Source: Phoronis australis
Lineage: Eukaryota; Animalia; Phoronida
NCBI GenBank assembly: GCA_002633005.1
Contig: NMRA01000024.1
Location: 262,726 to 326,725 of the forward strand
DNA length: 64,000 nucleotides
Direction of reading: 5' to 3'
A model generated the notes under the pieces. That model had not been told where the DNA came from and made no database searches. It saw nothing but the letters and a program-made list of their open reading frames with translations. This document shows, one piece after another, positions 51,091-64,000 of this stretch. A program made the position numbers and the translations under genes. Each line of letters begins with the position of its first letter. Position 1 is the stretch's first letter.

Positions 51091-53656
51091 CTAAATAAGG
51101 CAATGCGGTAGTGTCGGCTTGCGTAGTAAATGGAAAGGAACTACCCTATTCTGCATGTCATTCATCATCACTTCACTTGGCAATATTTCCATATAGGTGG
51201 CGCTGTGACAGAAGGTAGAACCATCACACTCCGATTCATTGACAGTTTCGTATACGACGACTTTTGCACCACCGATTTTTCGTATGGCAACTTCCGCAAG
51301 ACGTTTTAGTCACGTTAAGACACACGTTAGCAACAGTGGCACAAACAGCAGCAAAACTTTTGTCTGTCGCAAAATTCTTGAATGTCGACCACTCGTGTTG
51401 GTTACGGGAAAGTCAGGCAGTTTACGCTGTTGCTGTGAGACGCCTTAGGTTTGTCACCGTCGGGGTGCGCTGGTTCGGTTGTCAGCTGACACGAAAATTT
51501 CGGTAGCCGATTGAAAAAAGAGGAAAGTCGTCTTGACAAAAAAGCACATCGGGCGTGCCTCGAGCTTCACACTTGCATCATAGATTATAGTAGACTCACC
51601 GCCAATGGAAAAAATCTGTGATCTTACGCATAAGCCTTGACGTCACTATTAAATAGCGACACCTGGCAAATTTAACAAGTTTGACTTCCGGCAAGTACGT
51701 CGTCTGCTAAACATGGTCGGGGCTGTTGTGTCGTCGGGTTGCCAAAAGTACTCACGATACCAAAAGTTCTACTATTGGAAGACTTTGAACAACGTTTCAA
51801 TACCGAAATTGTTTTTTTTTTCGTTGTACAGGGCTGTAAAATAGAATTTCCTGTCACAATACACTAACCGGAAACTGAAATTGCCATTTTCTATTCTTAT
51901 TTCGTGACATGTTTAACTTAGTGTACAGTGAAAACTGAGTACAGAAACAGTAACAACGTCGAGAGTGTGCGAAATGGCGAGAAGCAGAGTATCAGCCAGA
52001 CGCCCGCGTGCCCGCCAGATGCCTAATCTAGCGGGCAAAATATGCAACTGCGGGGGCGACGGCGGGCTATTTACATCCCAACATTACACCTTGCGACTTA
52101 TCTTCGGGAGAGTATACGCTTTGGATACTCGCACACAACACTACGTTTCATACTTGACTAGAAACATATAACTTCCAAGTTTCTTTGTCAATGGTTTTGC
52201 GTCTCTTAAGCACTAACTGGCTTTTAGCAAGTAATTGCCATGGTTTCTATGGGTACACCTTTTCAATCTTACGCAAAATTTCAAATTGTGGCATTGGTGA
52301 GTGATGCCTTTGCAGGAGTGTTTTGCTTCATGACCTCGACGGCCTTACTCGTTACCGAGTTGTCCGACAATGTTCGCTGAGAGGCAGGTGATAATTCTGG
52401 GGAGCTTGCGGTAACCCTCTATTCGCGGCCCCCGACGAGTAAGTAGATTTTCAGTTTCGTGGCTAATTCACCAACATAATCACGTGCACATTACTTTGGC
52501 TCACTAGTATAGTATTTTCTTCACTGAAAGTTTAGTTTCCACTGAACTTTGGCTGGTTTATGTTCGTGATGTCTGATGCAGTTTCCGAGCCACTGGCCGG
52601 GATAACGCCGTCAATCCGCGGGCGGCCACGACGGGCCTGATCGGGCTGCGAGCCACTGGCCAGGATAACAAGCGATTTATGTTTAGAACTCAAAAAATCA
52701 CAAGTTTTCACAACACAGATCTAGGCTCTCCTGTCTGTATCTCACGGGAAATACTCCAAACAGACCCCAAACTCCTCCTACGGACCTCTCAGTATTGGCC
52801 TGCCGAACTTTGTAGGCTACGGTGTGTCCAAATACCAATAAATCCGTAAGAGCGAAATAAAACAACACGTTTTTATAAGAACTCGGTGTATTTTTAATGG
52901 TTTACATCGAAGTTCGATGATTCATTGGTGTTAAACGATGACTTCAAGCCATAAGCTGACACCAGTAACCCGTGTTGTGAACTGCTGAACAGACTGCGTG
53001 TGAAACCGATGACGTCATTGGATAATTTCAACACCTCCGTCTGCCGTCAGGTGTCAGGTAACGCAACCGTACGTGTCGTTATGGAGTAGAACTACTCGAT
53101 CTAAATTGATACAAATTAGGTTGTTTTTTGGGTGGCATGCTCCTTTAAGTTAGCTAGGTGACAACCACAATCTCCACAGACGCAAAGCTCGGCGTACATC
53201 GGATAGGAAGCCGAAGGTCTTCATTGGCCAGCCTTGAATGACAAAGTGGGAACACACTAGCAGGCCCCTAGGAAGCCAAAAATGTTATTATTGGCGTACG
53301 GGTGGGGGGCACAAACCCATTGATCGAGACTTCGCCAAACTACACGTCCCCCCATCGCCATCACCTCTGCCCCCACGCCCCGCACCTTGAGCTCCCGACT
53401 TTGCCATATTTGTTCCGAATCTCCTGGGCCTCCGCCCGGCGCCCTAGCTAGGTGGGGGGGGGGGCAATTCCGGGGATACAGCTATCAAGAGTCGAGTAAC
53501 CGTGAACTAACACCCAGGTCCATAGCCGGGAAAGCGGGGGGAGGGGGTGGCGGCCGGGGGAGTCCCGGCGTAGCCCACCCCAAAAAAAATAGCAGGCGCC
53601 GGGGTTAAACCATGGCAACCGACATAGGCTGTTCCGGGGACAGTCGAGAAAAGAAA

Positions 53657-54188
53657 GGCTACGAATACGAACAAGAGAGAAAATTCAAGAGAACATTTGA
53701 CAACCCAGTATCAGTGCATGGTTTACCCTCTGAGGGCCCTGACTAGGATATTGTTGTTAGGGTCCCCTTTTTTGCTGCAAACATGTCTAAGCGCACTTGA
53801 AAACGTGCACTTTATCATTCATACATGTATTTCGAAAAATCGAAAAAATTCTTAAAGCGAAGCTTTTGCGGAACATATTAATTCCCTGGATTTTTAAATT
53901 CAATAAGACAGTTTTGCAAATGCAAAATTATATTTTTCAGAGGCCCTTCTCTAGCAAAGGATAACAAAGACATCTGTCGCTCTGTTTTCTTTCTCTAAAT
54001 TGTGTATCACTTGAGAAAATTGATGGCCTGGCAGATAACATCTAACTTTTGAAAATATTGATCTTTCCATATTTAGGGGTCCAGCTCTTGAAGAGGGCCA
54101 TTGATGACAGTTAAGTAGTCACACTTTTCGTGTTTTGATCGGCAAATTCTTAAGGGGCCGCTCACGAAGAGAGGGCCCAATGTTGGAA
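53657..54188 (+). repeat. ~530-bp interspersed repeat, copy 2
   Basis: Collinear with 34643-35157, with a ~30-bp extra segment near 53797-53825. Confidence 0.9.
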
Positions 54189-56493
54189 CTAGTGACTTAC
54201 TAAAAAAGCAAGAATTCGTAAGACTGTGTCGCCTCGTGTTTTCAACTAAACCAGGTGATTTAGAATGATTTCTCTTCGCGAGATAGTTACTGAACGCTCC
54301 CCATATCAAGAGACAAATCTCCGGCTTTGTCATTAATAACATGCACAACTCAACTGACTGCTACTGCTTTATAAACGAAAAGTTACGTTCAAAGAGTCAG
54401 TATATTGGAATGTGTTTGTGACAGGTTTTCTTGGTTTATTTAGATTAGATACTTCATGTACATGTTCAGTTCAAGTTATTAATTGCTACCTCTTGACATA
54501 TATTTACAAATCATCCCAGCTCCAAGCTAATCTTCCCCATTGATTAGTTTTATATTTCGCGCACATTCTGATTGGTCAAATAGGTTCATTTGCATGCTAT
54601 ATGTTAGATCTTTATATTATCACATCAGAAGTTTTTAATACATTATGCCGAACACAAGTATTTTTCTCTACGAACCACCTCGGGTTTTATCTTTGTACAA
54701 TAAACATCCACACAGTAAAATTTCCAAACATAGCTTTCAATTCAACTCGACAGTCGGCCAAGTATAACTTGAACATTCACTTGTCCGGGTGCCAAAAGTT
54801 ACGTGCTCAGTGTCGGGCCATCTGGCAACAGTCGAGCCCTGCTCTAGAGCTGCTTGTTTTACGCCGACGGATCCGATTTGAACAGTATATCTGTGAAGAC
54901 TGCTATCCCTCGATCCACTTGCGCACTGCATGCATTGGAAAAACGCCGGAAACGCAGTGAAGGCGAAGTTAGGGCGTTACATTGAACAAAACATACTAAC
55001 AAGCAAGATTAGCTAATTTATGCTGCAGAAATCAAGGAAAATGCTACCTTTCAAGGACAAAAATCAAAAGTTTCCCTGGCGGGAGGGGGTTTCTCCCTCC
55101 CGACCTCTCCCCACTCGGCACTAGGTGCCTCGCAAATAATGGGACAAATCTCCGGCTTTTCGACGGGCAATATCAATATCCTGGCTAATACCCTGGTGAG
55201 AAGAACTCCGCACTCGCATGATGTGGGGAGATAAGTTAGAACCGTTGAAAAAAATAGTCCGGACCAAACTTTTCGCATTGGGCTTACAAAATTGGACCAA
55301 CTTTGTTACGCCGGCTGGTCAAGTCTTTTTGAGCAGCTTACTAACTTTACTACCGTACAATTCACATTGGGACTAAAATTCTCGTGGTCGATAAAAAATT
55401 TTAGTCCACCGCACTAACTCCGTAATGACAAAAGGTGTTTCATGGATTAATCAGTTAATCATGATTAAAATTTTTATTTGTAGTGGGTACATGTAGCTTG
55501 TTCTCCCAAAGGACTCACCGCATCAGTTTTAAAATTTAACTTTTTTCAAAATTTGTGTGATCTGAAATAGCAGGTGGTCGGAATAAAGTAAAAAGTGTTA
55601 CCGACAAGATGCGTTTGTTAATTTTATGCATTTTGTTTGTTGAATTGTGATGCCAATTATTTTCCATTGAAGTTATCTTTCCTCGTGATTAGCTGTCTAA
55701 AAAACTACTTTTGTCGATAAAAAATCGATCTAAAATGTCCTTACCTGGATCCAGCATTGCAGAGCTTCTGGAACATCTAGCATTTAGCAGCCCTTCGCAT
55801 GTTTGAACGCTTCAATTTTCAATTTTTCTTTTAATGAAAGTTAAACCAATGCTACCATGGCAAAGGAAATCTTCAAATCTTATTTGAAACGGATATTTCT
55901 CGTTGTAGCAATAATTTTAGAAGCGCTCCTACGGCGTCATGACCCATAAAATTTTATGACACAATGATTGCTCATTAAATGGGGTTGTAATCGCGCCTTG
56001 GTCTTACACATTGCAGCTTTGAACACTTGCCAAGAGACTACCACCCATTAAACTAATACGCAGTTAACATTGTTTTTATGATGCAAATGTTTTAATTGTT
56101 ATTCAAATGCCTTGAATAAAGAATGAATGCATTACCACCAACATTTAGAAATTCTCTTACCGTACATTGCCCCCTGAAAACCGTTTTGAACCTATGTTTT
56201 TGCAATGTCATATGTCAGCTGCACTCACTATTAAGAGCAAGAGAATGAAATTTAGCCTAAATATTGAAAAAGCATGGTTATTTTAGAAAATGAAATAAAA
56301 GCATTGACAGAAAACCTGCCAGATATACATTTTGATACCACAATATGTACTAAAACAGACCACTTTCAAATGCCTGGGATAGCTAGGGCAGCAAGTAAAA
56401 AAATCAGCCAGTCTTCGATATTTTTCAATCTTTTGCACCTATATACTTTGCACCTGATATTTTACCTTCTGAGCACTTCATAATAATATGCGC

Positions 56494-56620
56494 AAAATAT
56501 GAGGGTAAAATTACGAGTTTAAAAATACGAACGTAAAAATAACATCGAAAAATACAAGCGTACAATTACGAACGTAAAATTATAAACGAAAAATACGAAT
56601 GTAAATTACGAGCGTACAAG
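56494..56620. repeat. Degenerate 13-14-bp tandem array (aaaattacgaacgt)
   Basis: About 8-9 consecutive variants of aaaa(a/t)tacga(a/g)cgt. Confidence 0.75.
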
Positions 56621-57279
56621 TGCATCAGAGCTCACGTGACCTATAGACCAATTTCTCATTGGATACAATGATTTCGGTCGCAAAACAAGTTCGTAATTAT
56701 GCGCGACACTTTCATCCGAACGGCCCACGATACATGTTGGAAACTTCGCCGCATATAAATTTGCATAGAATTTTTAATTGCTTACAGTATAGATTTTGGT
56801 CTGTTAAGCTTCGTCCAGACTCTTCTGTAAGTTTGTGAAATTTTTGTTCACGTAATTGTGTTTGTATAAGTTACTGAAATATTTGGACGATTTTTCACCA
56901 TCCTCTACACATTTTGCTCGAGATCTCAGCATCACATGCTCCTTACCGAGTCTTTTCTAATTTCCTCGGAATATTTCTGCGTATCTGAATAAATTTCAAG
57001 GAGCAGAGCAGAATTATTGCTGAACATCATTTCACTAATAATACTTAATTGCTCCTCTAAATTCTTTTCGTGTCGATGTTTTTCTTTTTTCTTGAAAGCT
57101 GAGTGAGACAAAGTATAAATTCTAATATTCAATAGAACCATCTCAAGAAGAAAAGAATCGTCTATAGTGACTGACCGTCTGACATATTGGAGTCATTATC
57201 AGGAGTTAAATATCCCTTCTCGGTTTTAATCATGACGTCTTACACATTACTAATGTAGTCTACATCACGTATCAAGGAC

Positions 57280-57594
57280 TTTGTTAAATGCACGACACTT
57301 TTCATTGTTCACAGTCTTTATTCCGTTACGTTCGTACTTTCGGAACAAAACTCTACTCTCAACTGAACATAGATACAGTAACTGACCTAGCGACATAATT
57401 AAAAGACAAACGATATTTCGAAACATACTTGTTTCATTCTCAAGTGAAGATAAAATGACGCACTTGAGAATGAAACAAGTATGTTTCGAAATATCGCGTG
57501 TCTATGTTCAGTTGAGAGTAGAGTTTTATTCCGAAAGTACGAACGTAACAGAATAAAGACTGTGAACAATGAAAAGTGTCGCGCATTTAACAAA
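57280..57594. repeat. 315-bp foldback (near-perfect palindromic element)
   Basis: Outer arms 57280-57376 and 57498-57594 (97 bp, 4 mismatches); perfect 36-bp inner arms 57411-57446 and 57461-57496; 14-nt loop; 34-nt one-sided bulge. Confidence 0.92.
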
Positions 57595-59469
57595 TTCTGT
57601 ATAACCGAAAACTTGCTTCCGAAGTACAGTCAGTTAACAAGGACTTGTTAAATACCCAGAGACTTTTGGCTCCAATAAATTCAGAAGACTGAACAGTAGT
57701 GACGACTGACACAATGATGATCGGTTCTATATCCTAGGGACGTTTCCACATCCAGGATAATGCAGTTGTTGATCCATCCAGGAAAGTGCATTGAGCTCGA
57801 ATTGAATTGGTCTACTGGACAATATTCACAAAATTAAACTCCTAGCGTGTGCAGTATAGGTTCATTCGTATTTCTACAACAGCATATAGTTTGTACAATT
57901 GACCGTGAATGCGAAGAAGATGAAGAGCTTAACTGAGTAAGTCGATAAACAGGACGTTGTACAAGACTCAAGACATTACCGAAGGGATCGTCAAAAGGTG
58001 AAATTATGTGTGGCTATAACCAGAGACACAGGGCGAGAAAACAAACAGCAAAATCAAGGTTTTACACTCCTAGGATGGGTAAGAAAGTTCACCTTATCGA
58101 CCAGTTTGTGCATTCAATCGGGTATTTTCAAATATGTTGATTTTAACTCAACAACATGACAAAATTTCGTTTGATATAAACATTTAAAATGAAACTTTCG
58201 GCAAAAACAATGTTACAGTTTCTGAATTAAACCTTTCGTTTTCGTTTTTGATGCAGCGTAAATTTGTTATCATAAAAACCATAAGGTCCTAATTTTGATA
58301 GACCCCATGCAAAAGTGGAATATTCAAAACCAATACTAAAATCATTTTGCAGAACAACGCACATTAGCATAGAATCTGACCGGTTCCACAAGAGTCCAAC
58401 CAGCCTAATATACATGATGTTCAGAAGTTTGCAATAATTAAATATTTTTGCAGAGTACTACATAACCTCTACACGAGCTAGATGTAAAATTCGACATATT
58501 CTGGGAAATCTATGTCACGAAGCATCCTAATTAATGAATAATTATTTGTCGTGATCAAAAGATCGCCTACTTTTGTCAAATGTTACATTCTTCAATAAAT
58601 CAAAAATAAATTTGTTGAAAATATTGCAAACATTCGGAAAACTTGTTAAATTTTCCTTCTGTTCCATAACGCCCTATAATCCAATTTAAAATGGTAAAAC
58701 AATAAGAGTTCGATAACTCTAAAGCGCCCGTCCTGGCATTTCCGGCTCAAAATTTCAGCGCTCCCCGGTTCTCGATCTTTCCGATGCCTTACCGTATCGG
58801 TGCGAACTGGATCCGTTTTATTTAAGAGAGCGTCATTCCCAGTTTTCTATATGTCGGAGAGTCAGAAGTTTTAGTTGTCTTTTAAACCATGTAGCAAAAC
58901 TTTTACGATCGCTAATAAACAACTTTTGTTCATGCTTTAAACATCTACCCCTGACAAGTAAATTTTTTCTCGACAATGCCGCTTAATAAAGATTTTGAAC
59001 CAAACTTTACAGTGACAATCATGGTCTTTCACCTTTGAATAATAATAGCAGGCAGTCACTGATAGCACAGCGGGGCCATGGCCCCTGTATAGTGGTTAAG
59101 ACCTCGCCCTGTTGTGACGTATATTGTCGTACTTGACCCGTTGTCGCCCGGGGCCGACAGCATGTGTCACAACACCCATCCACTGTTCAGTGAAAAGCGA
59201 CCCCATTTGCCACTCATTCCAATTCAAACTCAGCTCCTATCCCCTGAAAAGTGTCGTTTTTGTGCACCTGTTGCACATCAGAAATTGAATGAGCGGGTGG
59301 AAGGATTCACCTGTCTTGGAATTACACTGGTTAGCTGAGGGGACATAACGGTGGAGGAACATAAAGACATCGTCTGAGAAGCAATTGGATAGGAAATAAA
59401 CGGAGGCTGGATATTTAGGGGACAAGCACCTTTTTATTCAGTGTTGGCACTGCAATCCATCTAATCTAA

Positions 59470-59686
59470 AAAGTGGGGGGCTCGAATTTTTGAGAATGTT
59501 TACCTTTTACGGCGGGGTACGTTCAGAGCTATGAATTGTGCATTCGCCGAATTTTGATAGTTCCTGCCTTTTAAGTGGACTTTTGTCTCGTTTTCTTCTT
59601 TTTTTTGAGGTGAACCTTTTTGCCCACTTCAACAAATAGGGGAGGGTCTCATTCGAGCCCTCCGCTCCCCTCGGGGTGCGCGCATG
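59470..59686 (+). mobile_element. MITE family A, diverged copy
   Basis: gtggacttttgtctc...cctttttgcccacttc...ggtgcgcgcatg is shared with 46809-47056. Confidence 0.7.
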
Positions 59687-60910
59687 TTGCCGGTTTTTGC
59701 CCACATCGCCGCAAAGCTGTAGGCCTATATCTAGGACCACCCAGGCCTATATGTACTGTACAGCTTTGCGCCAACACAAGTTATAAAGATACTTTATACT
59801 TTATTAACCGAGAACCATCATCTTTTCTAAATCGCCACCCCCTCCGTCGAGGGATGACGTAATATGTGAAAGCTCACAAGCCGATTCGGTGGGATATCCT
59901 AACGGCGAAAGATTCATTGCTTTCATGCGTGTGAGAAAATCGACCAAAATTTCTGGTTTGAAATTTCTTTCTTCCAGTCAGACTAATCTTATAAGAAAAA
60001 CAGCCTGCTCAGTGAATTTAGATGCAGGTTAATCGGTAGATTCACCTCGACTTTGTGGAGTAGTTTTGCCATGGTTAATGAACGAGTAAAAAGAAATTGA
60101 TGTTTTGGAGCATTTCGACCTTGAAATTCGTAAAAATCTGCCACCCCCACACTAACACACAGTACGTTACAAATATGCTTGTGGTAACCCCCACTGGGCT
60201 TTTTCGGATACCGGTGAAATGATCCGTTGACCGATTTTGCCAAAGCTGATTATGTCTGTGCCCCCTTTAATATTTACCTTTCTACAACTCTGCCACCAAT
60301 ACTAACCACTGCGTGATTTAACCCTCGAATGCTCCGCATTGAATCGTGAGCGTATAGTGGTGAGATTTCATCACTTTTTGTCTGCAGGTCGCCTGCCTAG
60401 CAAACGCCAATCAACGAAAAGGAATTCGTGACGTCACTTCTGACTACATATGGCATGATATGTCTGATGCGTTTTTTTTTTTGTCTCCAGCCACGTGTGA
60501 GTTGACGTTTTATTGTGAAGGCTGTGCGTCTATTCAGAGAAATACTAGTTGACAGACACTGGTCTTACGAACAGAGCGAAGTAAGTGGAATAGATTTTAG
60601 GCCGAACAGTGAGTATATTTTTACTAGATAGAATGGTACAGATTCAAGTAAAAGGGTATTATTTTGTTCACGAGTTAGCCTGTTATCAGATGTCGGTAAA
60701 TCCCAGCTGATGCTGAAGACAATTTACACATACCGCTTTCTATGTGACATAGAAAGCGGTCATTTCCCCCGCGACTGTGATCACGGTTTCAAAGCTAACT
60801 GTTGAATTAGTACTAACAGTAGTGATCAATTTGTTGACGAAAATACGGACCCAGACACTTCGAGACGTGCGCGTCGCGAACAGTTCTCTGTTACAAACCA
60901 CGCGAGTTGC

Positions 60911-61064
60911 CAGGAGCGGATCCAGGATTTTGAGTTGGGGAGGGGGGGGGGGCAGGGCAGAGTATTAGCCAGGATTTTGCCTGTCAGACGTTCGCACCCA
61001 TGAACTGCCAAATAGAATCGGGGAGAATTTTACGTTAGAGGGCCATGGCCCCCTCTCGCCACTG
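60911..61064 (+). mobile_element. MITE family B, copy 3, with 5-bp TSD (GTTGC)
   Basis: gttgc|CAGGAGCGGAT...CGCCACTG|gttgc. Confidence 0.8.
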
Positions 61065-61078
61065 GTTGCGTTCTCCTC

Positions 61079-61315
61079 CGGGGGTCACTCATATTGACAA
61101 GATATCATCAGGCGTGTACCAAAAGTTGTGGGTAGGTGATACTTTTTCACCAAGTTTTGCAGGACCCACGCCGGGTTCAATAAATTTCCCGGCATTTCGT
61201 CCCCGCAAAAGGGGTTGGGAAATAGCAGACCTGCATCGATGGCACCCGCAATAGGTACTCTCTCCAATTTTTGGTACACGCCTGCGGGCACCTTGTCAAT
61301 ATGAGTGACTTTCCG
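61079..61315. mobile_element. ~237-bp MITE with ~50-bp imperfect TIRs
   Basis: gtcactcatattgacaag..caggcgtgtaccaaaa versus ttttggtacacgcctg..cttgtcaatatgagtgac. Confidence 0.8.
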
Positions 61316-63562
61316 ATTTTATCGGCCGGTAACACAGTCGCCTAAATCAAAATCAGAAGGCACAAAATTATTATAGCCCATTTTAAAGTTGCAAGGCAAA
61401 TCACCTTGAAGAAATACATCTCGCGACTGAGTTTTACCCTGCAATCTACACATGCCACCTTTCTGGGGGCAGATCTACCCACCTAGTCGGACACTCCTAT
61501 ATTGATACAGTACAAGGGGAATTTAATTAATTAAACTGCCGAGTGTCTGTTGTCAGAACACCCTCTGGTGGTGGTCGTGGGTCCAGTGACGCTTAGTATA
61601 ATTTTATGTGAAGATGCACAGTCGGATCCGTTATTGTTGTCAGGTGATTACAGTATGTACTGTGAACAGTAAACTGGGGTCTTTAGCTACGAGGCACAGT
61701 TTTGATTTATGATCTATTCATATGAACATCACTTAATACAAAGTGCAAATCGTTCAAAGTGTAGTCGTTGACCCAAAACAAACGGCACCAGACAGAAAAC
61801 GCCCGTTTTCTAAACGTGGGGGGCAGAATGAGCTAATCACAAGAGTTTTGGGGAAAATAGGCGTCGGGGTCAAAGTGATAAGTGTATTTATTATATCGTC
61901 TGCTGTCTGCTTGATTTTTACTGAGGATGACTGGCATTTTTTAGTCGAGTACACCCGCATATCCTCATGTCGTCAACTCAACTCCGTTAACTATCAATTT
62001 GGTGAGTGTTTCATTCAGTTCCGGGATCTGATATAGTTGTCTAAAATTGGTAATCTCATTAGTTGTATTTTATTAATGCCGAACGCCAACGTGGTTATTG
62101 CCAGATCCAACGAGATGGCGGGAACCGGTGGCGCGATAGCCGGTGTTGCACCTGCGGCTGGTAAGCGTGATTTTTCCACTTCTTAAAGACCCTCTCGACG
62201 GGGGGGGGGGTGTCCTTTAGTTGAATACACTTGGGTCCATTTCGTGATAAGTAAACCCTAGGACGGTATTCTTTGCGTCATCATCATGTATTAAGAGCTG
62301 GGGCATTTCTCTGAAAAAAATGACAAATCCGTACAATAGCTAGATTCCAATCCGTCTAAAATTCGAAGCGTGGTGCTTCCAATAGAGCACAAGTCGATGA
62401 CTAGCTATCAGTCATCCAATATTGTTACTTTACTACAATAAACTTTTACAAGCACTTTGTTGTGATGGAAGAACAATGGACAACTTCACGAGCCAGGCTT
62501 CCCCTCGGACGTTGTTGTGCCTCGCCCCATGTTCATTAAAAGCAGACTTTCTCTAAGCACCAGTTATTACGACTTATTTGAAAGGTTGTAATAACGCAAT
62601 CATTGTGGCGGACTCGAGCAGGTTGACTAAGCTCTTTTCGGTTCGACCACGAATGTGGTTTATGACAGCTTCACTGTGCTTTTGAACAAAAACGCGGGCA
62701 CTCGAGTGCAGAGCTTGACGTACACACGTGGGGTCTCGAACCACAGTGGAGTGTACAATCAATGAGTCTTTGTTTAATTCCAGTGGTTTGTCGGATCCAT
62801 TGCTGCACTTGATTGACTTCGCCGGCTCCGTTTGCCGGATCAGTCGGCCATGGCAGAACGTCGCGGAGAATCAGATATGTCTCAGCCGGTTGACTCAGGG
62901 GAGTTAATCAAATGTAACCATTGTGCAAAGAATTAAAGACGAAGACGTTATTTTGGATACGACACATGGCAATAAAACATTAACATTCCGCATCAGCGTA
63001 TATATGAGTGTGGTTATGTTATTTATATTTTCAGCTGGAAAGGAATCTTGCCCTTATTGTTCATTTACTTAGCACACCTTACAGTAACAATGCTTATGGC
63101 GTAGAATATGCACGGCAAGCCAGGAACAACAGTCAATACTTAAAAATATTTCCTACTAAAGGTAGCGTCAAAAATTACCGCTTCCCTCACTCCTATGAGT
63201 AGGAGGTAGCTAAAATATTCTAATTACGCTAATTTTTATGGCCGGGCGCATTCATTTTTGTCGAAATATTGCGGTTTTACAATGTTCAAAATAAATGTAA
63301 TCATGATATTTTGAGTCCCACTCGTGATACGCCCAATCGCAATAGCGAAAATAAATTTTGTTCCAATTTGATTTTTAATTTTATTTAAGGCGCTACCTCT
63401 TAACATGCATAATTTCCACGTGACGTAATTTACATAATGAATTGAGACATGCAGCGCAATTGACGAAATGTACCTCGAGATGCTGGCGTGCACTTTGCAG
63501 TGACGCAATCACTCCCATTATCTGATTGAGAAACAACTTGTGGAGTCTGCTTGGAATAAATA

Positions 63563-63704
63563 CGGGTGAGAAACAACATGACCGCCGGTCCTCTAAACAG
63601 GACCTCCGGGGATCAAATGGGACCGCCGCACCAGAAAATGGGACTGACGCACCCAAAAACATGACCGCCCCACCACAAAACAGGACCGCCGGGGACTAAA
63701 ACCG
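63563..63704 (+). repeat. Element terminus with ~21-bp tandem aaa(c/t)(a/g)(g/t)gaccgcc units
   Basis: About 6 units; the first ~35 bp (cgggtgagaaacaacatgaccgccggtcc) also occur at ~31179-31213. Confidence 0.75.
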
Positions 63705-64000
63705 CAACAACTAACAGGCTAAGATTTATTACCGTTAGGCCTACACAGATCATACAATGGGGCTATATACGTATGCATATGCAGGTCTTGTGCCGATTAA
63801 TCCACCGAAATCTTTTGTGAGCAACAAAGGACACTTCGCTTTGTAATACGCGGCGCTTTTGAGTTTTACTCATCACCAGGCTCCCGGCTGCGGTATGTGA
63901 CTTATAAACAGTTGAAAGGTCAACATTTAATAAATCTAACACAAAACAACCTCGTTGTACGCTTTTGAGCTAAATAATTATAATTTTATCCACTGCATAA

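Larger units (their letters stand above)
48620..53144. mobile_element. Kolobok-like TTAA-flanked segment (or two inverted ends of one family)
   Basis: TTAA|AGGAGAATGCCACCCAAAAAACAACCTATTTTGTATCAATTT... and ...AAATTGATACAAATTAGGTTGTTTTTTGGGTGGCATGCTCCT|TTAA; ~70 bp of inverted similarity. Confidence 0.65.

Noticed and set aside
59230-59340. SPEKC...ERVEGFTCLGITL resembling an RT thumb motif
   Set aside because: Plausible LINE crumb, but too short to classify or delimit.
62850-62970. MAERRGES...KCNHCAK possible zinc-finger start of a transposase
   Set aside because: A stop follows immediately and no termini or downstream domain were found.

Overview
AT-rich, intron-containing eukaryotic DNA, most likely from an invertebrate animal, dominated by old and nested transposable elements. 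I found no rRNA, tRNA, CRISPR array or operon. Most entries in the ORF track are noise; the informative coding signal is spliced or frameshifted. (1) One apparently intact host gene can be assembled on the + strand (25468-25503, 40528-41358, 41577-41710, 42846-43194; 449 aa; divergent WD40/beta-propeller-like). (2) Its ~15-kb first coding intron is a nest of elements. An RNase H-bearing LOA/R1-type LINE is split into three collinear pieces by two ISL2EU-like DNA transposon shells, each with an AT duplication, short TIRs and convergent THAP and accessory-ORF relics. The larger shell contains a spliced antisense DUF4806 gene that the ORF track misses. (3) A 5.84-kb TAG...CTA element (Academ-like) has a TGT duplication and ~1-kb TIRs built from alternating ~140-bp repeats. 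(4) The rest includes a TTAA-flanked Kolobok-like segment, an RTEX/CR1-group LINE interrupted by the 3' end of an L1/Tx1-type LINE, an L2/Crack 3' end, a near-perfect 315-bp foldback and several MITE families. All family assignments come from motif recognition by eye, not database searches, and boundaries of decayed elements are approximate.
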